Shown piece by piece: positions 7,890 through 16,260 of a DNA stretch of 35,613 nt. The stretch's first letter is position 1, and each line of letters begins with the position of its first letter. Origin of the DNA: a virus (taxonomy: Duplodnaviria; Caudoviricetes); IMG/VR virus record IMGVR_UViG_3300017909_003313, positions 1 through 35,613 of that record, one strand, 5' to 3'. The notes beneath the pieces were generated by a model. The model saw only the letters and a list, made by a program, of their open reading frames with translations, had not been told where the DNA came from and searched no databases. The translations under genes and the position numbers were made by a program.

Positions 7890-8399
7890 CTATTTCGGTC
7901 TATAAAATATATGCGTATCAATCTTAGCTGTAATTTTCATTCGGTCTGCCCAAGTTGGATTCACATAATCTGCATGATAAAAAAGTGCACCATCTGTTAG
8001 ATCCATTTTTGATTCCATCGCATAAAGTGACAACATATAAATGGCTTGGTATTTTTTAGTATTATTGACAGTATCTGGTTTACCGTCGCAATACCAAGAG
8101 AATTGACAGCGATGTCTATAAGGATATCGCTTTCCATCTTTTTTTGATACATAATGTGGTGCTTCATAAACTACTTCACAAACTGTATTTGGAAATTCTT
8201 CGGCTTCCACTCGGTTCATAGTTACATCTGCAACAGCCAACATTCCAGCAGTAGACTCGTTTCGAGCCTCATGGTATATATTTTGTGCCAAACAAGCAAC
8301 TTGCGGTTCAACATCCATACCTGTATGCGTTTCAATATCAGCAATAGGGTTTGTAGCCAGTGCGATAAGTATCGCACCGAATGTGTCTAGAAAATTCAT
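7890..8399 (-). CDS. Cell wall hydrolase (SleB / Hydrolase_2 family)
   Basis: CLAQNIYHEARNE, V-x-MNRV, FPNTVCEVV, CQFSWYCDG, GALFYHADYV-x-P-x-W, HIFY; hydrophobic N-terminus. Confidence 0.93.
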   Translation of the reverse strand: MNFLDTFGAILIALATNPIADIETHTGMDVEPQVACLAQNIYHEARNESTAGMLAVADVTMNRVEAEEFPNTVCEVVYEAPHYVSKKDGKRYPYRHRCQFSWYCDGKPDTVNNTKKYQAIYMLSLYAMESKMDLTDGALFYHADYVNPTWADRMKITAKIDTHIFYRPK

Positions 8400-8419
8400 A
8401 AACAGTCTCCTTTTCTAAA

Positions 8420-8698
8420 AATGAGGACTTCTGTTGCTAGGCGTCCTCTGACCCCGAGTGACTATGCAGCTAGTGCGTAATCCTCAAATGCAAAGTTATC
8501 GTTTGCGTTTGATTTAGTTCTTACGATTTCTACCAAATCCATACGGATAGTTAGAGGTTGCTTGCACACCTGTTCTCCACTTATCTAATCAATACCAGTC
8601 GATCCTAATTCACCACCATGAAAAAAACTTTTAATGGTGGTGGAGGTGGTGGGAATTGCACCCACGTCCTGCATACCTTTTGATTCGCTTCAACGAAC
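8420..8698 (-). ncRNA. ssrA: Circularly permuted (two-piece) tmRNA
   Basis: Minus-strand order: GGAC-GUGGG-UGCAAUU-CCCAC-CACCUCC-ACCA (T arm and 3' acceptor strand ending at 8638), a 20-nt spacer, GGUGGUG-AAUUAGGAUCGAC (5' acceptor strand and D loop from 8617), then tag frame 8506-8462 = ANDNFAFEDYALAA*. Outer ends approximate. Confidence 0.9.
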
Positions 8699-8702
8699 TC
8701 CT

Positions 8703-8710
8703 TATTTATA
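8703..8710 (-). promoter_or_regulatory. T4 late promoter TATAAATA driving the tmRNA
   Basis: Exact consensus immediately upstream of the acceptor piece. Confidence 0.8.
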
Positions 8711-8712
8711 CC

Positions 8713-9471
8713 TTAAATTGTATAATTAGTCAAGAAGTCTTTTAGACCTTCTTCAGATTCATCTATCTTTTCTAGGCAAATCTCTTGTATATCATACATT
8801 TCTTTTGCCAAAAAGTCAAGTTTTTTACTGATCAATGCATTTGGAAAATCCGATAGAGTATGCTCTGGACGACCAGATAAGATATAACTGGGTGTTCCAA
8901 GGATTCTCGCGAGGGAAGAAGCAGAACCATCATAACTAATCATTAGTTCTGTTTCCTGTAATGTTTTAATTGCTTCCAATATTGGTGTATCATAGTCTAC
9001 AAACTTCACATTATCAAACTGGTTGTATAAAGGTTTCCAATTATTGTTGGTTGGGTCTTTCCATACCTTGTGATGTGCTTGTTCATAATCTTTGAATTGT
9101 ACTTTATTGTTCTCTGTTGTGACGAATGTTACATAACCGCCACCGCCCTTCCATCTATGTTTCTGATCACAAAGACGATAGTTGTGGAATTTATGGTATG
9201 GCAAGTTGCTATGTTTATAAGGTAGGTTGTGTCCGTATTTTATTTTGAGTTGGACATCCTCAGTTTTCATAATGTCAAAAATCGTTTGAAGTCTAAACTC
9301 TAATTCTTCGCTGTCCTCTTTTTCATAGATATCCTTGACTCCTTTCTCGTTTTGGAAACACCAAAGAAGCAAAACATTTTCGCCAGTTTTCTCTGCAAGA
9401 TTATTAATGTAAGAGCAAGGAGAAGTCATGTCGCCATATCCTGGACGAGCCTTCCATTCAACGCAAATCAA
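8713..9471 (-). CDS. Glycosyltransferase-like protein (GT9-like motifs)
   Basis: N-terminal PGYGD and C-terminal SYDGSASSLARILGTP resemble the GT9 'GD' and 'DSG-x-x-H-x-A-x-x-x-G-x-P' motifs. Confidence 0.45.
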   Translation of the reverse strand: MICVEWKARPGYGDMTSPCSYINNLAEKTGENVLLLWCFQNEKGVKDIYEKEDSEELEFRLQTIFDIMKTEDVQLKIKYGHNLPYKHSNLPYHKFHNYRLCDQKHRWKGGGGYVTFVTTENNKVQFKDYEQAHHKVWKDPTNNNWKPLYNQFDNVKFVDYDTPILEAIKTLQETELMISYDGSASSLARILGTPSYILSGRPEHTLSDFPNALISKKLDFLAKEMYDIQEICLEKIDESEEGLKDFLTNYTI

Positions 9472-10459
9472 AATCTGTCCCTAACATGTGGTCGACTTTA
9501 GCTTCACTATCATTACTCCAAACGAGGACTTCAGGATTATCGTACAAGAAGTCGCAAGATTTACAATAGTCTGGATAATCTCCTGTTCTATGACCTTCAC
9601 GAAGTTTCTCGTATTCTTCGCCGTACCATATGTCTACAAGACTCGTTTCGTCTGCATGACCTAATACTGATTTGGCTTCATTGGGTTGACCCATCGTCTG
9701 GCAACAAGGTGTAACACCACCACGCCTTCCATTATTACCGCCAGAACGAATTGTAATCTCATTACTGAATGGTCTACCACAAGTTCGTTTCGTTTCGGAT
9801 TCTCTTCCATATGCTGGATCGTAGTTACCACTCCAGTTGTGCATTTTCCAAATGTAACCAGTAATCCCCATTTTGTTTACAACATTATCTTGATAAAGTT
9901 TTGATTCTTCTTCTAATTTGTCATTATCTAGTATTAGATGATAAGTAGAAACCTTACAATCGCTTCCAACTTCTGCAATATAATCTTTTGCTTCTTGAAT
10001 ACGACCCATTAGATCGTCAAAACTATGTCCTCTTTTATTCTTCATCCAGTGGCTGTATGTATCATTATCATAGCCAATACAACTGTAACGAATAAATTTA
10101 AGTCCAGCCAGTATAGATTTTTGTAGGAGATCTCCTGTAAGTTTGCTTCCATTGGTATAAATGAAACTGTCAAACCCATAATCAGTGCAAAGCTGAATAT
10201 ACTTGTATAGGTCTTTAGCCATCGATGGTTCGCCTGAACCTTCGAGATTAATAATTGGTTTTCCGTTAAGTTGTTTTAGAATATTCTCGAAAAGGTCGAG
10301 TGGCATTTTACCAGTCCAATCTTTTCCTCGACCAACTGTTTGTGGACACATATCGCATTTGAAGTTACAACCACCGAATACTTCGATGACTGCTCGACCC
10401 ATCTCAGGTAATGTATTTGATTTCGTATTTTGTGAGGATTGACTCATCATATATCTCAA
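9458..10459 (-). CDS. Radical SAM protein with C-terminal SPASM/twitch domain
   Basis: CNFKCDMC (CxxxCxxC), GSGEP, TNG, C-terminal CGRP...PCC...CKSC. Exact start uncertain. Confidence 0.9.
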   Translation of the reverse strand: MRYMMSQSSQNTKSNTLPEMGRAVIEVFGGCNFKCDMCPQTVGRGKDWTGKMPLDLFENILKQLNGKPIINLEGSGEPSMAKDLYKYIQLCTDYGFDSFIYTNGSKLTGDLLQKSILAGLKFIRYSCIGYDNDTYSHWMKNKRGHSFDDLMGRIQEAKDYIAEVGSDCKVSTYHLILDNDKLEEESKLYQDNVVNKMGITGYIWKMHNWSGNYDPAYGRESETKRTCGRPFSNEITIRSGGNNGRRGGVTPCCQTMGQPNEAKSVLGHADETSLVDIWYGEEYEKLREGHRTGDYPDYCKSCDFLYDNPEVLVWSNDSEAKVDHMLGTDFDLR

Positions 10460-11204
10460 AAAATGGCAGAAGCATATAGGCTCTAAGTTTAGATTCTATA
10501 CTTCCGTCAGTTGTTATGTTCAACGGTGTGCTTCCTAGAGAAGATACGGTTTCACCATTGACGCTTATATAATATTTATTTAAAATTTCAAGTAACCTTT
10601 CGCAAGATTCTTGACAGTGCTCATTGTTCTTACTAGATTCAAACAGACAGTGAGGTATTATTGTCCCTTTCTCAGCGACCCAGTTTATCATATAATCTGC
10701 TTGTAAGATATCTTTTGCCCATTTATCGAACCAATCTTTTGTCATAAATAATTCTTTGAATGAAACTCGTTTACCACCAGTGTTGAATGTAAGAAACTCG
10801 ATTCTATCATTTTCGGAACAAAACATCTTCAATACTTTTTGTCTACCACCTCCAGGATGAATTATCCACCTTTCATTTGATTCTCTAGGAAACCAAAAAA
10901 GACCCATTGGGTATTTGTAACCCACAGTAAAATAAACTCGAGTCAACCAAGCCAGTTTTAGTGGGATTTCAAAATGTTCTGGAAGGTCTTTTGTATCACA
11001 ACCCACGAGTTTATCTGAATGATTTTGATTTGCATAATTAGCAAACCAATATTGAAACGAGGTAATTAATTGTTCAACATTGCAATCGAAAGAAACTTCT
11101 TTAACTGCAAAATCTGCAAGACCCCATTTTTCAGATGGATCTTTAAACTTTAGCCAGTCTTCCCATGTAAAATTTGGAAGTGTTCGTAAGCTATTTAGAG
11201 ACAT
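10404..11204 (-). CDS. Hypothetical protein
   Basis: Long ORF coupled to its neighbours; WIIHPGGGR is weakly ParB/Srx-like. Start set at the internal Met (MSLNSL). Confidence 0.6.
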   Translation of the reverse strand: MSLNSLRTLPNFTWEDWLKFKDPSEKWGLADFAVKEVSFDCNVEQLITSFQYWFANYANQNHSDKLVGCDTKDLPEHFEIPLKLAWLTRVYFTVGYKYPMGLFWFPRESNERWIIHPGGGRQKVLKMFCSENDRIEFLTFNTGGKRVSFKELFMTKDWFDKWAKDILQADYMINWVAEKGTIIPHCLFESSKNNEHCQESCERLLEILNKYYISVNGETVSSLGSTPLNITTDGSIESKLRAYMLLPFFEIYDESILTKYEIKYIT

Positions 11205-11856
11205 TCTCGCTTTCCCAAATATCTCTCGCATTAAGTAATAACTCTACATAGTTATCACGCTTTTCTACAAACACTTGTGGTTCGTCTCCTTCAACTGCAA
11301 TCATAATAACACTCTGATCAATCGGGATATCTGTTCTTTCTTCATACATTATAGCATATGCTGCAGCCTGTGCAAAGTAATTATCAATCCATTCTTTACG
11401 TTTTGGTTTCGCTGCAGTTTTAAAATCAATGATTGACAGCTTTCCATTATACTCGGCGATACAGTCAACACGACCAGCCAAGCGTAAATGGTCACTGTAT
11501 AGTGCAACCTCTTGACCATGAATATTATCTATACGATCTAAAAGCGGTCTAAATTTGTTGAACATCTCCTTATCAAGTAGAGACATATTTGATGTATCAA
11601 TCTCTTTATTGTTTAGGATATCTTCACACAACAAGTGTATCTTAGTACCACGAGTTGATGCTTTTCTACTTACCTTATTGGCTTCCTCGTTCCCAACACG
11701 CTGTCTCCATTCCATAATGGCTTGACGCGATAAGACGCTGAGTACTGTTGTGACGGAAGGGTATGCCTCGCCAGAAGCAGTATAGTAACGTCTACTGCCA
11801 TCTGGTGAGGTCTTACTGTTTGCAAAATCTGCAAGTTCTTTAACGTGTTTGAACAT
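11191..11856 (-). CDS. PD-(D/E)XK exonuclease (T4-like marine phage exonuclease)
   Basis: YPSVTTVL, RGT-x-x-H, AGRVDCIAEY, IIDFKT, YF-x-Q-x-x-AYA. Confidence 0.9.
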   Translation of the reverse strand: MFKHVKELADFANSKTSPDGSRRYYTASGEAYPSVTTVLSVLSRQAIMEWRQRVGNEEANKVSRKASTRGTKIHLLCEDILNNKEIDTSNMSLLDKEMFNKFRPLLDRIDNIHGQEVALYSDHLRLAGRVDCIAEYNGKLSIIDFKTAAKPKRKEWIDNYFAQAAAYAIMYEERTDIPIDQSVIMIAVEGDEPQVFVEKRDNYVELLLNARDIWESENVSK

Positions 11857-11879
11857 TGATACTCCTTGAGCAATCTTTT

Positions 11880-11907
11880 ATTATACTACAATGGAGTAAA
11901 AAGTCAA
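11880..11907 (-). promoter_or_regulatory. Sigma70-type early promoter
   Basis: TTGACT-16 nt-TATAAT upstream of the exonuclease. Confidence 0.7.
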
Positions 11908-11912
11908 GCGTT

Positions 11913-12671
11913 TTATGTCGTGTATTGTGCCTCGTATTGTTCTCTTGCGAGGATATATTCTTTTACAATATCACTTCTAACGATGTCTTCAGGTGTAAAT
12001 TCAAACACCCTAAATGAAGGCATCATGTCAGCAATTACCATAAACTTCTTGAGACCTGACATATCGTTTCGTTTAGTGTATAAGTCTGATTGTTTAAAAT
12101 CACCTGCAAAGATGACCTTACTTCTATGTCCAATACGAGTCATAATTGAATTCAATTCCATATCATTCATATTTTGACATTCGTCTACAATAATGATTGA
12201 ATCATCAAGTGTAATACCTCTTACAAAAGATGTGATCATCCAATCAATACGCTTTGATTCTTGTAACCTTTCAAATACTTGTTGCTTTTCGGGAAATAAT
12301 TCTTGACACATATCAATGTATGGTCTCATATAGACTTCTGTTTTTTCTATTTCATTTCCAGGAAGATGACCGATTTCTCTAGATGCCACTGCAGATCTAC
12401 AAACGACAACCTTACTGTAAGGTGTGCCTTTGTCTAGGACTTCTTCTAGTGCTTTGTAAAGTGCGATAAAAGTTTTACCTGTTCCAGCCGAGCCATGAAG
12501 TAGCATACAGGAAGAGGTTGGGTAAGCATCATAAAATGCTTTTTGTGTGGGTGTTAGTGGGTCGAATATATCTAAGTCAGATATTTTTGGTTGGAGTCTA
12601 TTGTTTCCTTTTTTGAATTGTTGTGGACTTGCGTCTTGGATTAGTTGAAGGCTGGGTTTGCGTCTCGACAT
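11913..12671 (-). CDS. phoH: PhoH-family ATPase
   Basis: GSAGTGKT Walker A, IGHLPG, RGITL, IVDECQN, GDFKQSDL, DIVRS. Confidence 0.95.
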   Translation of the reverse strand: MSRRKPSLQLIQDASPQQFKKGNNRLQPKISDLDIFDPLTPTQKAFYDAYPTSSCMLLHGSAGTGKTFIALYKALEEVLDKGTPYSKVVVCRSAVASREIGHLPGNEIEKTEVYMRPYIDMCQELFPEKQQVFERLQESKRIDWMITSFVRGITLDDSIIIVDECQNMNDMELNSIMTRIGHRSKVIFAGDFKQSDLYTKRNDMSGLKKFMVIADMMPSFRVFEFTPEDIVRSDIVKEYILAREQYEAQYTT

Positions 12672-12701
12672 TTATAGACCTTATGGTTAAGTGGTTAATC
12701 T

Positions 12702-13004
12702 TTATAATCTAGCCCCCTGTGATTTGGGTGTCACGTCTGTCACGTTTTTCATAATGTAAGAAATAATTGCTTTCGCATCGTGTGATAGCAAAAAGCTATT
12801 GTGTGCTGTTTTCATACAATTGAGTGTATATTGTGGATCAGCGGATCTTAAATCTGATTGTGTGAATGGTTTATCTTGATCACCGAAGATATTAAGGCAA
12901 AATAGAACCATTTCTACCTCTTCTTCAGAATAAAGTTTGATAGCTACTCCAAGAGGAGTTGTCTCCCTATACTTCTTTGGGAACTGTATAATCTTAGCAG
13001 ACAT
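12702..13004 (-). CDS. Hypothetical protein
   Basis: 100-aa ORF with N-terminal KIIQFP motif; preceded by a late-like AATAAATA at 13009-13016. Confidence 0.65.
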   Translation of the reverse strand: MSAKIIQFPKKYRETTPLGVAIKLYSEEEVEMVLFCLNIFGDQDKPFTQSDLRSADPQYTLNCMKTAHNSFLLSHDAKAIISYIMKNVTDVTPKSQGARL

Positions 13005-13014
13005 ATTTTATTTA

Positions 13015-14451
13015 TTACGAGACGACTTTTACGCCGTACTTTTTTTGAAATAAATCCGCGTCTTTTCGATTATTTACCATTGGTTCGCCTTTTATGTTCA
13101 GAGAAGTATTTAGTAACATAGGAATTCCTGTGTGTTTCTTCCATTGTTTTAGCAATCTATAAAGACCTGAATGCTGTTTTCTTGTTACAGTCTGTACCCT
13201 GCTTGTTCCATCCTTATGTACGATAGCTGGATACATTTCGCGGTCTTTTGCCTTCACTATATATTGCATATAAGGACTTGAAAAACCCTTTTCAACATAG
13301 AAGTGTTTGTGAACATCCTCTTCTAAAATAACAGGTGCAAAAGGTCTGAACTCTTGGCGTTGTTTTATTTTGTTTACAAGATCTTTCATCTCTTGTCCTG
13401 TAGGATTGGCGAACAGACTTCTATTACCTAACGCTCTTGGACCAAACTCAGCTTTACCATTTGCAACACCTACAATATTGTTTTCTAATAACTCTTCCAT
13501 AATATGTTTGATTGGATACTTACCTTTTATTTCTTCTCCAAGATATGGTGTTTCCCAATTTAACATTTTCATCTCACCAGCTGCAATCGCACCAATAGAA
13601 CTTCCTGCATCTCCAGGATTTGGCATCACCCAGACGTTTTTGAAAAATTTATGAACATGTCTATTTGCTAGACAATTTAATGCACATCCTCCCATAAGAA
13701 CTAAGTTTTCGGATTTGGTAAGTGTGTCCGTATAGTTTAGAAGTTTGATAAATTCTTCTTCATAAACTTTTTGTGCGGATGCTGCAAGATCGAAATGGTT
13801 AGCTTGTGGAAAGAATTTTCTACAGCCATTATGAAAGTTGTATTTGTATTGTAACATCTTTCGCATTTCTTCTGCATGACTTGGCTCTCCATAGGCTGAC
13901 ATACCCATGAGAATATATTCATCTTCGTTTGCTTTTAATTGAACGCGATCTGTTATTGCTGAGTAGAAGAGTCCGAGCGATTCGGGATATCTCCTCGAAT
14001 AAAGTTTCTTCCCGCTAATCTTACCCCTTCCATCAGTCTCATATATTCCAATAGAAGTAGTGGTAAACTCACCAATAGCATCAATAACAAGAACGGCAGC
14101 AGAATCAAATTTAGAAGTTGCAAACCCAGCTGCTGCATGACTTTTGTGATGGTTTCCATATCTTATATCTCCTTGTATACCATACTTACTTAAATACTTT
14201 CGAGGATTCATCCATTTATTTGGCTGATCAGCGACAAATTTTCTAAGTGCTTTTTTATATGGATTTTCATACCAGTGAATTATATCTGGCTGTCCATATT
14301 CTAATGCTTTCTCAATCAAGTCTGAATTGAGATGCGGATCGTTTTTCTTTCTGCTGTATCTTTCACTATGACTTGCAAAAAGAATATTGTTGTCTTGTAC
14401 CACCGCCAGTGACCCATCATGAGTACCAGCTGCAACGCCCCACTTAATCAT
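13015..14451 (-). CDS. Carbamoyltransferase (NodU/CmcH family)
   Basis: HDGS, ERYSR-x-K, HH-x-SHAA, DAIGE, GGCALN, GDAG, EFGPRALGNRS, FRPFAP, H-x-DGTSRVQTV, LLNTSLN. Confidence 0.95.
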   Translation of the reverse strand: MIKWGVAAGTHDGSLAVVQDNNILFASHSERYSRKKNDPHLNSDLIEKALEYGQPDIIHWYENPYKKALRKFVADQPNKWMNPRKYLSKYGIQGDIRYGNHHKSHAAAGFATSKFDSAAVLVIDAIGEFTTTSIGIYETDGRGKISGKKLYSRRYPESLGLFYSAITDRVQLKANEDEYILMGMSAYGEPSHAEEMRKMLQYKYNFHNGCRKFFPQANHFDLAASAQKVYEEEFIKLLNYTDTLTKSENLVLMGGCALNCLANRHVHKFFKNVWVMPNPGDAGSSIGAIAAGEMKMLNWETPYLGEEIKGKYPIKHIMEELLENNIVGVANGKAEFGPRALGNRSLFANPTGQEMKDLVNKIKQRQEFRPFAPVILEEDVHKHFYVEKGFSSPYMQYIVKAKDREMYPAIVHKDGTSRVQTVTRKQHSGLYRLLKQWKKHTGIPMLLNTSLNIKGEPMVNNRKDADLFQKKYGVKVVS

Positions 14452-14597
14452 AATTTTCTTTTCTTCGCGTTATGAACTATTTGTTTCTGCTCTTCCAAAG
14501 AAAGTTTACTCCATTGTGTGATTTCTTTTAATGACCTGTAACAGCCAATGCAGATATTGTCTTTGTTAAGTTTACAAAGTTTGATACAAGGACTCAT
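14448..14597 (-). CDS. Small Cys-rich protein (DUF1289-like), 49 aa
   Basis: Manual translation MSPCIKLCKLNKDNICIGCYRSLKEITQWSKLSLEEQKQIVHNAKKRKL*; SPC-x-x-x-C...C-x-GC-x-R-x-x-x-EI-x-x-W signature. Confidence 0.85.
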   Translation of the reverse strand: MSPCIKLCKLNKDNICIGCYRSLKEITQWSKLSLEEQKQIVHNAKKRKL

Positions 14598-14701
14598 TAA
14601 TCATAGATGAATGGATCTTTTTCACGCAGTTCTTTTAACCGTTTTTTGAAAGCACGTTTTGCTTTCCATTCTTGTATTTTAGTTTTAATCCAACCAACCA
14701 T
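14597..14701 (-). CDS. Small basic hypothetical protein (34 aa)
   Basis: MVGWIKTKIQEWKAKRAFKKRLKELREKDPFIYD*; fills the gap with overlapping start/stop. The longer 14854 start overlaps the upstream gene. Confidence 0.6.
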   Translation of the reverse strand: MVGWIKTKIQEWKAKRAFKKRLKELREKDPFIYD

Positions 14702-15443
14702 TTTTGATAATATCCTGATAAATGATTTCAGTCCATTTTTTATAAATGACACCGTCTGGGTGTATATTGTCTCTAGCATAATTTTCTCCTGAATCCCCTC
14801 TCCAAACGAGAGTGTCATCTGTGTCGTGTTCATTTTTCCACGCTTCTGGAACATAATCCAAAAACCTATTAATATTTAGTTGTCTTGCAGTTTGTTTTAT
14901 AAACTTGTCATGAAATAAGTAATTATCTCCTTTTACCCAAAGTTTACTATAATAAATTTCATTAATATTCCAACCTCCAAAATGTTGAACGCCAGAATTT
15001 AGTTGACTTGGTTGTGAAAACTGAGGAAACCTTTCTGCAGCAGACCATTGTATTATCATACCCCATGGATTAAAATGCTCCAAAACATTTGCTGCATTAT
15101 AAAGCATAAAAAGATTTGAACAACCACCCACACCAAGATTAATTACTTTCCTTCTAAGTTTCTTACTGAGTTGTTCAGTTACAGTATGTCCATAAGGAAC
15201 TCCAATACCTAACGTGTTGGAATCACCAAGCATAACAATAGATTCAGACCAGTCAATTTCCGACCATTGTTTTGCTCTGTAACCTTCTTCGTTTAAATCA
15301 TAGGTTATTTTTATATTTTCCCATCTTTCTCTGAAACCACTTTCTATACTATTTTTCTTGAACTGTTCTGGAGAGTCAGATTGCATCCAAAGAGGACTGG
15401 CATTATCGTGTGTGAGTGAATTACCTTGTAATAACTTAGACAT
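14685..15443 (-). CDS. SGNH/GDSL-like hydrolase-fold protein
   Basis: LGDSNTLG, NLGVGGCSN, D-x-x-HP near the C-terminus. Confidence 0.65.
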   Translation of the reverse strand: MSKLLQGNSLTHDNASPLWMQSDSPEQFKKNSIESGFRERWENIKITYDLNEEGYRAKQWSEIDWSESIVMLGDSNTLGIGVPYGHTVTEQLSKKLRRKVINLGVGGCSNLFMLYNAANVLEHFNPWGMIIQWSAAERFPQFSQPSQLNSGVQHFGGWNINEIYYSKLWVKGDNYLFHDKFIKQTARQLNINRFLDYVPEAWKNEHDTDDTLVWRGDSGENYARDNIHPDGVIYKKWTEIIYQDIIKNGWLD

Positions 15444-16260
15444 ATCTTCTCCTCATAATTTCTTCAGTAACCAAATCTGCTATCCGTTTATGACCGAAAT
15501 GAGAAGGGTGACCACATGGACTGATCAGACCTTTTGCAAATCCTTGCTTTTTATATCTGTTAAAGTATTCGAAAGTTATAATCGGTTGTAACTCTTCTTC
15601 AGATAAATCAGACTCTGATTCTCGTACAAGAAGTTCCATCATGGTACGATTACCTAGTGGCTTCCAAAAGTAGCCCCAATCAACAATGTTTGTATAGTGA
15701 CTTTTATTTGGATGTATCATCGAGGAAAGTATAACAGGATCTATCTGTATATCAAATCCTGAGTACATTAAAAGTTTTGCATTGTTTAATTTACACCAGT
15801 TTTGAATCTCTGCAATATTAAGTAAACAATCGATTGCTTGTTGTTGGTCGCTACTTCCGTGTTTTGCATATCCTCGCCAAAACTCATTACCTTCAAGGTT
15901 TGGAAAAATTGGAAAGAAATTACTCCATTGAATGTTTTCGCCTATGTGTACCCAATCGAAACGAGCCATACCACTCATTTGGAATACTACAATCTTCTCT
16001 GCACGAGGATCTATATCATTGAGATAAAGTTCCTTTACAGCTGCTCTGTTTCCTCTTCCTTTCTCTCCAAGATTAATTGGTTCATAACCTATCTTTTCTG
16101 CAACAAGTTTAACCCAAGAGTTTCTTTTCTCTTCTTCGTCTATGTCTTCAATACCAGTATTGTGATGATATATTCTATCACCATGTTTCCGATGATATTC
16201 AAGAGTACAAGCACCTTGACCACTTGTAAAGCTACATCCAGTTCCTATAAGATATTTCAT
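15436..16260 (-). CDS. SGNH-like hydrolase-fold protein
   Basis: GCSFTSG, NLG-x-x-G-x-GN, GHPS-x-x-GH-x-x-IA. Confidence 0.65.
   Translation of the reverse strand: MKYLIGTGCSFTSGQGACTLEYHRKHGDRIYHHNTGIEDIDEEEKRNSWVKLVAEKIGYEPINLGEKGRGNRAAVKELYLNDIDPRAEKIVVFQMSGMARFDWVHIGENIQWSNFFPIFPNLEGNEFWRGYAKHGSSDQQQAIDCLLNIAEIQNWCKLNNAKLLMYSGFDIQIDPVILSSMIHPNKSHYTNIVDWGYFWKPLGNRTMMELLVRESESDLSEEELQPIITFEYFNRYKKQGFAKGLISPCGHPSHFGHKRIADLVTEEIMRRRYV

Noticed and set aside
8638-8670. Stand-alone tRNA or tRNA pseudogene
   Set aside because: The T arm and CCA have no anticodon arm and are explained as the acceptor piece of the permuted tmRNA.
11191-11856. Cas4 / CRISPR association
   Set aside because: No four-Cys Fe-S motif, and I saw no repeat-spacer array or other cas genes in the window.
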